Shown here piece after piece: positions 19,922-28,502 of a stretch of 64,000 nucleotides of DNA (its first letter is position 1; each line of letters starts with the position of its first letter). This stretch comes from Alphaproteobacteria bacterium (GTDB lineage: Bacteria; Pseudomonadota; Alphaproteobacteria; UBA7887). Location: positions 2,953,166 to 3,017,165 of the forward strand of contig OZ241745.1 of NCBI GenBank assembly GCA_965201115.1, given 5' to 3'. Under the pieces are notes generated by a model. It worked only from the letters and a program-made list of their open reading frames with translations. It made no database searches and was not told the origin of the DNA. The position numbers were made by a program, and so were the translations under genes.

Positions 19922-20074
19922 CCGCGCGCCAGGGCGCGCTTCCCGGGATCGCAAGCGTCTCGACAGCCCCGAGCCCCGCGGATCCCCGCAATGCCCCGCC
20001 CGCTCCGGCGCGCTTCTTGGGTGCGCGGGCGTCTCGCCCGCACGTCGGCGACCCGCGCGGCGCCCGCCGGGGAG

Positions 20075-20160
20075 AGGCGCAACCCCGCCGAAGGCGGGGC
20101 CCGGGACCGCGGGCATCCTGCCCGCACGTTCCCGCACGCCGCGGCATTGCCGGGAAGGGC
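20075..20160. repeat. REP/MITE-like double-hairpin repeat unit (consensus core ccccgccgaaggcggggcccgggaccgcgggcatcctgcccgcacgtt)
   Basis: Copy of a family found at seven or more loci in the window. Translates as the spurious peptide RAGCPRSRAPPSAGL on the reverse strand. Confidence 0.5.
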
Positions 20161-20375
20161 AAAGCCGTTACGCCCCTCCCGCCAATGATCGGCACTGTCG
20201 AGACGCGCCCACGGCGCGTCTTGACCGGTCCCGAAATAACGTTGCGCTCGCGCGCCGTGTATGGCGTAATGCCTGCATCCGCGCGTTGCCCATTTCCGCC
20301 GAGGAGCGCTCCGTCATGACAATGCCCTGTCCACACCGAGGGGTTACGCCCTCGCTTGCCGTGCAAACAAACGTA

Positions 20376-20393
20376 CCCCCCCCCCCCCCCCCC
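20376..20393 (+). repeat. Homopolymeric poly-C(18) tract at the 5-prime end of the giant autotransporter gene (candidate slipped-strand phase-variation switch)
   Basis: 18 consecutive C, read as 6 Pro codons in ORFs 20286.. and 20356... Lies 20 nt upstream of ATG 20413. Confidence 0.6.
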
Positions 20394-20458
20394 GTGGCAG
20401 GCGGAATCTCGCATGGAAACGCTCGCTTCGGAGCATCGGCGCCGCGCTCGCGCCGGGG

Positions 20459-22810
20459 TTGCTTCTCGCGCTCGCCTTGTGGGCCGGGCATGCGCCGGCG
20501 CAGACGAACGTGTGCCGCGGCGGGCCGCCCACGGGCAGCGGAAATATCGAATGCGTCGAATCCAGCGGCGCGGCCGACATCCTCATCGCCCTGGGGAACG
20601 CCGGCATCGACCATTCCACCAACAACGAGGCGAGCATCCTGGCTCGTCACGGCGGTACCGGCGGCATCGAGTTTCGCATGACGGCCGGAACCGTCGTAGG
20701 CAGGGGGACCGCCACTCACGGCATGTATGCCCGGCACGACGGAGCGACCGGCGGCGGCGCCATAGTCATCCGCATGAGCGGCGGCTCCGTCGAGACGCGG
20801 GGGTCGGGCGCCTTTGCCATCTGGGGCAGGCGCGCGACCGGGACGGGCAATATCCGCATCGACGTGACCGGCGGTTCCCTGTCGAGAACGGGGGGGACAG
20901 GCGATGTCGTTTTGGGCCAACACGGGGGGACGGGCAACGTAAGCGTCAGCATGAGCGGCAGCGCGGCGACGGGGACGAACGTCGGCGGCCTCGCCGGCGC
21001 CCACTCCGGGACGGGCAACATCGCCGTCAGCATGACCGGCGGCTCCATCGCGACGAGCGGCGTGGGCGTCACCGCCTCGAAGAGCAGCTCCACGGCGGGC
21101 AACATAACCGTCACCGTCGCGGGCGCGAACACTACGGTCAAGACGACGGGCAGCAACGGCCACGCCGTCAACGCCTCCAACAGCGGGGCGGGCAGCACCG
21201 CGGTCACCGTGAAAGACGGCCTGATCGAGACGAGCGGAGGCGGGGCCCGGGGCATCAACGCCTATTCCAACTATACGGGGACGAACCCCGGAGCGATCTC
21301 CGTCGTCATGGAAGGCGGCGCGGTCCGCACGTCGGGCGGGGCTTACTTCGATATCCTCCACGCCCACGGGATTTACGCCGAGAGCAACAATGGGCGCCAC
21401 AACGTCTCGGTGCGCATGGCGGGCGGCTCGGTCGAGACGGCGCAGGCAAGCGCCAACGGGATAATCGTCCTCAAGCGGGGGCCGGCGGGAGCGGGCTCCA
21501 TCGAGATGACGGGCGGCTCGGTCAGAACGGCGGGCGACGGCGCCCGCGGCGCCTACGTCTATATGTATGGAACCGGCGCGAGCACGGAGGGGCTTTCTAT
21601 CGACGCGGAGGGCGCCGTCTCCGCGGAGGGTCTGAACGCCAGAGGTCTCGCGGGATTCCACTTGGGCCTCGGCTCCGCCACTATAACGACGCGGGCGGCG
21701 GCGGAGATCGAGGCGCCGTTCGCGGTCGGGATGGAGGGGCGTCTCACGAGCGATACGAGCGCGGCGGGGCGCATCGTGGTCACGCATGGGGGCGCGGTCG
21801 AGGCGCGGGATGTCGGCGTGCTCGCGTGGGCGCGGCGGTCGAGCGGCCACACGATGGGCTCCGGCGCGACGACGGCGAACGACGCGGCGCGGACGACGCC
21901 GATGATCCACGTTACGTCGAGCGGAACGGTCACGGTGGGCGCGCCGGTGACGGAGGCTTTCATCCGGGGCCGCATCGCGGGCGACGGCGGACTGTCGACG
22001 CTCGAGGAGGCCGTGCTTACGGCGATAACGGATAACGATTCGAGCGCGCTGACGACGGCGCTGGCGGCGCTTCCGGCTTCTTACGACGCCGCCTGGAAGG
22101 CGGCGGCGCAGGAACTTCTGCGCAAGCGCACGACGGCGACCGCGACACCGACCGACAACGCGGTGCTGGGGCATCGTGCGGCCGAGGAGATCTTGGGCCT
22201 TTCGCGCGCGGGCATCCGCGCTTCGGCGCTTTCCCACACGGCGATCGCCGATTATGTGCGCGGCAGCGACGCGCTCTCGACCGCGGAGCGCACGGCGCTG
22301 ACGGCCGTGCTGACGGGCGACAGCAGCGGGCTGACGACGGCGCTGACCGCCCTTACCGGCGCCGCGTACACGACGGCGTGGAAGAACACGGTCCGGCAAC
22401 ACGCGTTGACCTACAATGCCGGCGATATTCAGGTGGACATTACGGGCGGCTCCATTACCGCCGACGGGAACGGCGTGGAGGCGTTCTATGCGATCCCGCA
22501 CGACAGCAACGGCGACATCGCGGTGACGGTTTCCGCCGGCGCGCGTGTTACGGGCGGTGCGACGGGCATCTATGTCCGCGGCGCGGGCGTGACGGCGGGC
22601 GCGCGCAACCAAGCGGTGACGGTCCACGGCGCCGCGATGGGCGGAACCGGGGCGGGCGTGCATGCGGTCGGCGGCGGCGCGGTGACGGTGGGCGCGAGCG
22701 GCGAGGTAGGCACGGTGGGCGCGGCGCCTTCGGGCATCGGCATTCTCGGCGATGGCGGCGGCGATCTGACGGCGACGGTTTCGGGGACGGTGACGGGCGA
22801 CATCCGCGTC
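20459..22810 (+). CDS. Giant autotransporter adhesin, N-terminal reading-frame segment (signal peptide plus Gly/Thr-rich passenger repeats); frame broken at 5-prime end and at about 22.8 kb
   Basis: Frame 2 encodes RSLRSIGAALAPGLLLALALWAGHAPAQ (signal peptide) but has no in-frame ATG as sequenced. Repeats continue to ...TVSGTVTGDIRV at 22810, then the true frame shifts +1. Confidence 0.6.
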
Positions 22811-25800
22811 AGTCAATGGCGGCGGCGGCCTGGCGGCGACGGTCAAGGACGGCGGCACGGTTACGGGCGACATCCGCGTCGGCGGCAGCGGTTCGTTGAC
22901 GGCGATGGTCGAGGCCGGCGGCGCGGTGGAGGGGACGATACGCGACCCGCAGGCTTCGTTCACGGTTTCGGGCAGCGTCGGGCGCGTTCTCTATGCTTCG
23001 GGCGGAACGGTGACGGTGGCCGGGGGCGCGAAACTGACGGGCGTCTCCGGCACGGCCGCCGAGAGCACGGCGGGGGCGCTGACGGTCACGGTCCAAAACC
23101 GGGGCCGCGTCGAGGCCGACATCGAGTCCGGCGGGACGCTGATGGTTACCGTCAACGACGGCGGCGTGGTAACGGGGACGATAGAGGATCCGCAGGCTTC
23201 GTTCACGGTCGGGAGCGGGGCGCGCATCGGGCGCATTCTTTACACCGGCAGCAGCGGCGGGACGGTGACGGTGTCCGGCGGCGGGACGCTTACGGGCGTC
23301 GAGGGCGTGGCCGCCGAGAGCACGGACTCGGGGGGCGCGCTGACGGTCACGGTGAACGACAACGGCCGCGTCGAGGGCGACGTCAAGTCGGCCGGCACGC
23401 TGTCGGCGACCGTCGATGCCGGCGGCGTGGTTACGGGGACGATACACGACCCGCAGGCTTCGTTCACGGTTTCGGGCAGCGTCGGTCGCGTTCTCTATGC
23501 CTCGGGCGGAACGGTGACGGTGTCCGGCGGCGCGAAGCTGACGGGCGTCGAGGGCGTGGCCGCCGAGAGCACGGCCGGCGCGCTGACGGTTGCGGTGAAC
23601 GACAACGGCCGCGTGGAGGGCGATATCAAGTCGGGCGGCACGCTGTCGGCAACCGTCGATGCCGGCGGCGTGGTTACGGGAACGATACACAACCCGCAAG
23701 CTTCGTTCACGGTTTCGGGCAGCGTCGGTCGCGTTCTTTACGCCAGCGGCGGAACGGTGACGGTGTCCGGCGGCGCGAAGCTGACGGGCGTCGAGGGCGT
23801 GGCGGCGGAGAGCGCGGCGGGCGCACTGACGGTCACGGTGAACGACAACGGCCGCGTCGAAGGCGACGTCAAGTCGGCCGGCACACTGTCGGCGACGGTC
23901 AACGTCGGCGGCGTCGTGACGGGGACGATACACAACCCGCAAACGCCGTTCACGGTTTCGGGCAGCGTCGGGCGCGTTCTTTACGCCGGCGGCGGAGCGG
24001 TGACGGTATCCGCGGGCGGGACGCTGACGGGCGTCGAGGGCGTGGCCATCGAGAGCACAACCGGCGCGCTGACGGTCACGGTGAGCAACCGGGGCCGCGT
24101 CGAGGGCGGCATCGAATCGGGCGGGACGCTGACGGCGAACGTCATGGCCGGCGGCGTCGTGACCGGAACGCTCCGCAACCCGCAGAGTCCGCTCACGGTT
24201 TCGGGCAGTGTGGGGCGCATTCTCTATGCCCGCGCGAGCGGCGGGACGGTGACGGTCGCCGCCGGCGGCGCGGTAACGGGCGTCGAGGTCGATGGCGCAA
24301 CCGAGGCGATCCGCGGCAATGCGGGCAATCTCGACGTCACGGTGGCGGCGAGGGGCGCGGTCACGGGTCTCGTCGAGGGCCGCGGGCCGGGCAATCTGAA
24401 GGTTACGGTCGCCGGCTCGTTGGCGGGCGGCATTGCCGAGCGCGCCGCGGGCGATCTTGAGGTTTCGGTCGCCGGAACGGTTACGGGCGGCATTGTCGGC
24501 GCGGGCGCGGGCGAACACACGGTCACGGTGGCGTCCGGCGGCGCGGTTACGGGGACGGTACATTTGGCGACCGGCGCGGCGACCATCGCGGGCCGCGCGG
24601 CGCGCGTGCTTTACGACAACGGCGGCATGGCGACGGTCGCCGCGGGCGGCGAGATCGCGGGCGTCGATGTCGAGGGAACGATGGAGGCGATTCGCAACGA
24701 TGCGGGCAATCTCGAGGTCACGGTTGCGTCCGATGGGGAGGTTGCGGGGCGCATCGAGGATCGCGGCGCGGGCAATCTCGAGGTCGAGGTTTCCGGCGCG
24801 GTCGCGGGCGGCATCGTCGAACGCGAGGCGGGCAATCTGGACGTCACGGTGACGGCCAGCGGCGCGGTCACGGGCAACATCGAGGGCCGCGATGCGGGCA
24901 ATCTGAAGGCCGCGGTCTCCGGAAACGTAACCGGCGATATCGTCGAACGCGGGGCGGGCGATCTCGACGTCACGGTGTCGGCAACGGTCACGGGCGGCAT
25001 TGTCGGCGAGGGCGCGGGGGCGCACAAGGTGTCGGTGGAGTCCGCCGGCGCGGTAACAGGCACGGTGCGCCTGCCGGGGAACGCGGAGACGACGGTCGCG
25101 GGCACGGTGGGGCGCGTTCATTACGACAACGGAGGCGCGGTCACGGTCAACGCGAACGGCGAGATTGCGGGCCTCGAGATCGAGGGCGTCCGGGAGGCGG
25201 TCCGCGGCGACGCGGGGGATTTGGCGGTTACCGTTCACGGGACGGTAACGGGCAATATCGAGGCGCGCGGCGATGGCGACCTGACGGTGATGGTTTCGGA
25301 GACCGGGACGATTGCGGGGGAGATATTCGGTCGCGGCGGGGGCATGCATACGATCGAGATCGCGGACAAGGCGCGGGTTGTGGGCACGGTGCATAACCCG
25401 AAGCGGGGGACGACCATAAGCGGCGCGGTGGGCCGCGTTCTGTTCGACAACGGCGGCGCGCTGACGATTGCGGCGAGCGGTCGCGTCTCTGGCGTCGGCG
25501 GCGAGGCGATCCGCAGCGCGGCGGGCGACCTGGAGGTCGCGATTGCCGGCGAGGCGACCGGAAATGTTGAGAGCCGCGGCGGGGCGCTGGCGGCGACGGT
25601 AACCGGCACGGTCGAGGGCGACATACTGGGTCTCGGCGCCGGCGAGCACACGGTGGCGGTTCGCGGCGGCGGGATGGTTACGGGCACGGTGCGCCTGGCG
25701 GCGGGCGAGGCGGATGTGGAGCACGGCGCGGCCGGGCGCGTGCTGCTGGACCGGGGCGGGTCCGTGAAGGTCGGGGCGCGGGGCGAAATCAAGGGCCTCG

Positions 25801-28310
25801 AGGTCGAGGGCGTTCGGGAAGCGATCCGTTCCGACGCGGGAGACCTGACGGTGGCGATTGCGTCCGGCGGCGCGGTCAAGGGCCGCATCGAGGGGCGCGG
25901 CGCGGGCAACATGACCGTGAACGCGGGCGGCGCGGTGACGGGCGCCATCCTTGGCAAGGGCGCCGGTAGGCACGAGATCGCGGTCGCCTCCGGCGGCTCG
26001 GTTACGGGCGACATCGTCGATATGGAGGCCGGCGGCCTGGTCGCGACGGTCGCGGGTTCGGTTACGGGCGCAATTGAGGAGCGCGGCGCGGGGGACCTGA
26101 CGGTAACGGTTGCGGGCGCGGTTTCCGGGGATATCCGCGGCCTGGGCGCCGGCGTGCATCGGGTTACGGTTGCGTCCGGCGGTTCGGTTGCGGGCGCCAT
26201 CCGCGGCGCGGGCGCGGGTTCGCACGCAGCGACGGTCGCGGGCCGCGCGGCGCGCGTGCTCTACGAGAACGGCGGTTCGGTCACGGTCGCATCCGGCGGC
26301 GCGGTGTTGGGCGTCGGGACTTCGGACGGCGGTCGCGAGGCGATCCGCGGCGCGGCGGGCGACCTGACGGTGGACGTAGCGGCGATGGGGACCGTGGCGG
26401 GCGATATCCGCGGCGCGGGCGATGGCGATCTGAAGGTGGATGTGAGCGGCAAGGTCGAGGGCGGGATATTCGGCCTTGGCGGCGGCGAGCACGACGTTCA
26501 TGTGAAATCCGGCGGCTCGGTCGAAGGTCTCATCCACCTGGCCGCCAGCACGGTGACGGTCGAAGGGGCCGCCCGGAGCGTGCTGTTCGACCGCGGCGGC
26601 ACGGTGTCGGTCGGCGCCGGGGGGCGCCTGTCGAACCTCGACGGGCGTGCGGCGGTGCGCAGCGAAGCCGGCGATCTGATGGCGATGGTGAACGGCAATG
26701 TCACAGGCAATATCGAGGGCATGGGCGCCGGAGCGCTGATGGTCACGGTCGCCAACGAACTGACCGGCGGCGTCATCGGCGGCGACGGCGGCATGCACCG
26801 GCTGACGGTGGCGGCCGGCGGGACGTTCAAGGGGCACGTCGAGGGCCTGGAGGCCATTCGCATCGCCGGGCGCGCGGAAGCGGCGCGCCCGCTGACGGTT
26901 TCCGATGGCGGCGAGGTGACGGTCGCGGCTGGCGGCGTGCTCATGGGCGCGGAGGACGCGCAGGGCCGCCGCGTGGCGGTCTCCGTTGCAACGGGCGCGC
27001 TGAACATGACGGTCGAAGGGGAAGGCATGGTGCAGGGCGCCGTGGAGGCGCGCGACGCCGCCGCCGCCTCGACCGTGACGGTCGATGCCGGCGGCGCCAT
27101 CGACGGCCGCGTCGCGCTGGCGGGCGCCGGCAGCGAAGTCACGGTCGACGGCGCGGCGCAGAGCGTCGATGTGCCCCGGGGCGCGGTGACGGTGGGCGAG
27201 AACGGGCGCATCGCGGAGCCCGTCATCGGCGCCGAGACGGTAACGATACGTGCGGCGGCGGGCGAAACCGACGAGGAGGCGGCGCTGCGCCTGGGCGGCG
27301 GCCGCATCGACGCCGCCGGCGCGACGATTACGCTCAAGCGCCAGGGCCGCGTCGATTCGCGTCTCCGGATAACCCGCGACGGTCGCATCGAGGTGGGGCC
27401 GGCGCCGCGCCACCGCGTGTACGAAGCTCTGCCTTCGGCTCTGCTGGCGCTGAATGCACTGCCCGCCCACGGCGACCGTTTCGCCGCGGCGGGCGCGCCG
27501 CGCGGCGCGTTCGCGCGCCTCGACGCCGCCGGCGGCGACCGCCATCCGGCGTCGTCTGTCGCGCAGGCGCATCACGATTACCGCCGCTTCGGTTTCGAGG
27601 CGGGGATAGAGGGCGCGGCGGGCGAGCGCGGCGTGTTCGCGATCTCGGTTCATCATGTGCGCGGCCGCGCGGACGTGGACACGGACGCGGACACCGAGGC
27701 GGGCGGCGGCCGTGTCGAGATAACCGGCACGGGCGCGCGCATATCGGGCGCATGGCTGCCCGCGGAGAACGTCTATGTGAGCGCTCAGGCCGCGGCGACG
27801 CTGTACGAGACCGACCTCGATTCGGACGTGGCGCTCGAGGGCGCCCTTGCGCGGGACTTGTCGGGCCGCGGCTACGCCGCCGGCGTGGAGATCGGGCGGC
27901 GCCTCGACCTGGGCCGCGTAACGCTGACGCCGCGCGCGGGCGCCGATTGGTCGATGGTGGAGATGTCGTCGTTCACGGACTCCGTGAACGAGCGCGTGTC
28001 GCTGGACGCGGGCCGGCGCATAACGGCCCGCGCCGGCGTGCGCGCCGAGTCCGCCGCCCTCCCCGGCGGCGCCGGCGCCATGTTCGCAACGCTGGACCTT
28101 GAGCGCGAACTGTCCGGCGCAATGGAAACCACGGCGGCGGACCGCCCCTTCGAAGCCGAAGCGGAAGCGACATGGGCCCGCCTCGGCCTCGGCGCCGCCC
28201 ACGAATGGGCCGACGGCCGCATAGCCCTCCGCGCCAACGCCAACTACGCCGCCGCCCGCCACGGCAACCGAGACTTCAGCGGCAGCGCCGCACTCACCGT
28301 GCGCTTCTGA
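22809..28310 (+). CDS. Giant autotransporter adhesin, C-terminal segment: about 1,500 aa of tandem Gly/Val/Thr-rich passenger repeats plus autotransporter beta-barrel translocator (ends ...AALTVRF)
   Basis: Frame 0 is open from 22794 (first ATG at 22896). Repeats are of the type GGxVTGTIxDPQASFTVSGSVGRVLYASGGTVTVSGGAKLTGVEGVAAESTAGALTVTVNDNGRVEGD. C-terminal beta domain has a terminal aromatic residue. Confidence 0.7.
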   Translation, partial: SVNGGGGLAATVKDGGTVTGDIRVGGSGSLTAMVEAGGAVEGTIRDPQASFTVSGSVGRVLYASGGTVTVAGGAKLTGVSGTAAESTAGALTVTVQNRGRVEADIESGGTLMVTVNDGGVVTGTIEDPQASFTVGSGARIGRILYTGSSGGTVTVSGGGTLTGVEGVAAESTDSGGALTVTVNDNGRVEGDVKSAGTLSATVDAGGVVTGTIHDPQASFTVSGSVGRVLYASGGTVTVSGGAKLTGVEGVAAESTAGALTVAVNDNGRVEGDIKSGGTLSATVDAGGVVTGTIHNPQASFTVSGSVGRVLYASGGTVTVSGGAKLTGVEGVAAESAAGALTVTVNDNGRVEGDVKSAGTLSATVNVGGVVTGTIHNPQTPFTVSGSVGRVLYAGGGAVTVSAGGTLTGVEGVAIESTTGALTVTVSNRGRVEGGIESGGTLTANVMAGGVVTGTLRNPQSPLTVSGSVGRILYARASGGTVTVAAGGAVTGVEVDGATEAIRGNAGNLDVTVAARGAVTGLVEGRGPGNLKVTVAGSLAGGIAERAAGDLEVSVAGTVTGGIVGAGAGEHTVTVASGGAVTGTVHLATGAATIAGRAARVLYDNGGMATVAAGGEIAGVDVEGTMEAIRNDAGNLEVTVASDGEVAGRIEDRGAGNLEVEVSGAVAGGIVEREAGNLDVTVTASGAVTGNIEGRDAGNLKAAVSGNVTGDIVERGAGDLDVTVSATVTGGIVGEGAGAHKVSVESAGAVTGTVRLPGNAETTVAGTVGRVHYDNGGAVTVNANGEIAGLEIEGVREAVRGDAGDLAVTVHGTVTGNIEARGDGDLTVMVSETGTIAGEIFGRGGGMHTIEIADKARVVGTVHNPKRGTTISGAVGRVLFDNGGALTIAASGRVSGVGGEAIRSAAGDLEVAIAGEATGNVESRGGALAATVTGTVEGDILGLGAGEHTVAVRGGGMVTGTVRLAAGEADVEHGAAGRVLLDRGGSVKVGARGEIKGLEVEGVREAIRSDAGDLTVAIASGGAVKGRIEGRGAGNMTVNAGGAVTGAILGKGAGRHEIAVASGGSVTGDIVDMEAGGLVATVAGSVTGAIEERGAGDLTVTVAGAVSGDIRGLGAGVHRVTVASGGSVAGAIRGAGAGSHAATVAGRAARVLYENGGSVTVASGGAVLGVGTSDGGREAIRGAAGDLTVDVAAMGTVAGDIRGAGDGDLKVDVSGKVEGGIFGLGGGEHDVHVKSGGSVEGLIHLAASTVTVEGAARSVLFDRGGTVSVGAGGRLSNLDGRAAVRSEAGDLMAMVNGNVTGNIEGMGAGALMVTVANELTGGVIGGDGGMHRLTVAAGGTFKGHVEGLEAIRIAGRAEAARPLTVSDGGEVTVAAGGVLMGAEDAQGRRVAVSVATGALNMTVEGEGMVQGAVEARDAAAASTVTVDAGGAIDGRVALAGAGSEVTVDGAAQSVDVPRGAVTVGENGRIAEPVIGAETVTIRAAAGETDEEAALRLGGGRIDAAGATITLKRQGRVDSRLRITRDGRIEVGPAPRHRVYEALPSALLALNALPAHGDRFAAAGAPRGAFARLDAAGGDRHPASSVAQAHHDYRRFGFEAGIEGAAGERGVFAISVHHVRGRADVDTDADTEAGGGRVEITGTGARISGAWLPAENVYVSAQAAATLYETDLDSDVALEGALARDLSGRGYAAGVEIGRRLDLGRVTLTPRAGADWSMVEMSSFTDSVNERVSLDAGRRITARAGVRAESAALPGGAGAMFATLDLERELSGAMETTAADRPFEAEAEATWARLGLGAAHEWADGRIALRANANYAAARHGNRDFSGSAALTVRF

Positions 28311-28320
28311 TCGCGGAAGA

Positions 28321-28485
28321 AGCCGCAACCCCGCCGAAGGCGGGGCCCGGGACCGCGGGCATCCTGCCCGCACGTTGCCGCAGGCCGCGATATTGCTGGG
28401 AGCGGCGATCATCAAGCCCCTCTTGGCAGCATTTGTAGCGTTGGCAACGTGCGGGCGGGGATGCCCGCGGTCCCGGGCAGTCCGC
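28321..28485. repeat. REP/MITE-like repeat: one full unit plus an inverted partial unit (hairpin pair, possible terminator downstream of the autotransporter gene)
   Basis: aaccccgccgaaggcggggcccgggaccgcgggcatcctgcccgcacgttgccg ... gtgcgggcggggatgcccgcggtcccgggcag. Confidence 0.5.
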
Positions 28486-28502
28486 GCCTACGGCGCGAAC
28501 GG

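Noticed and set aside
19372-20127. ORFs 19372..20127(-), 45431..46012(-), 51058..51741(-), 53213..54835(-), 53464..55017(-), 53783..55189(+)
   Set aside because: All derive their 'conserved' peptide from translation of REP units in GC-rich DNA. They are not genes.
22809-28415. 1868-aa ORF on the minus strand
   Set aside because: Antisense shadow of the highly repetitive, GC-rich autotransporter gene. It has no start context or domain content, and its N-terminus is REP-derived (RAGCPRSRAPPSAGL).
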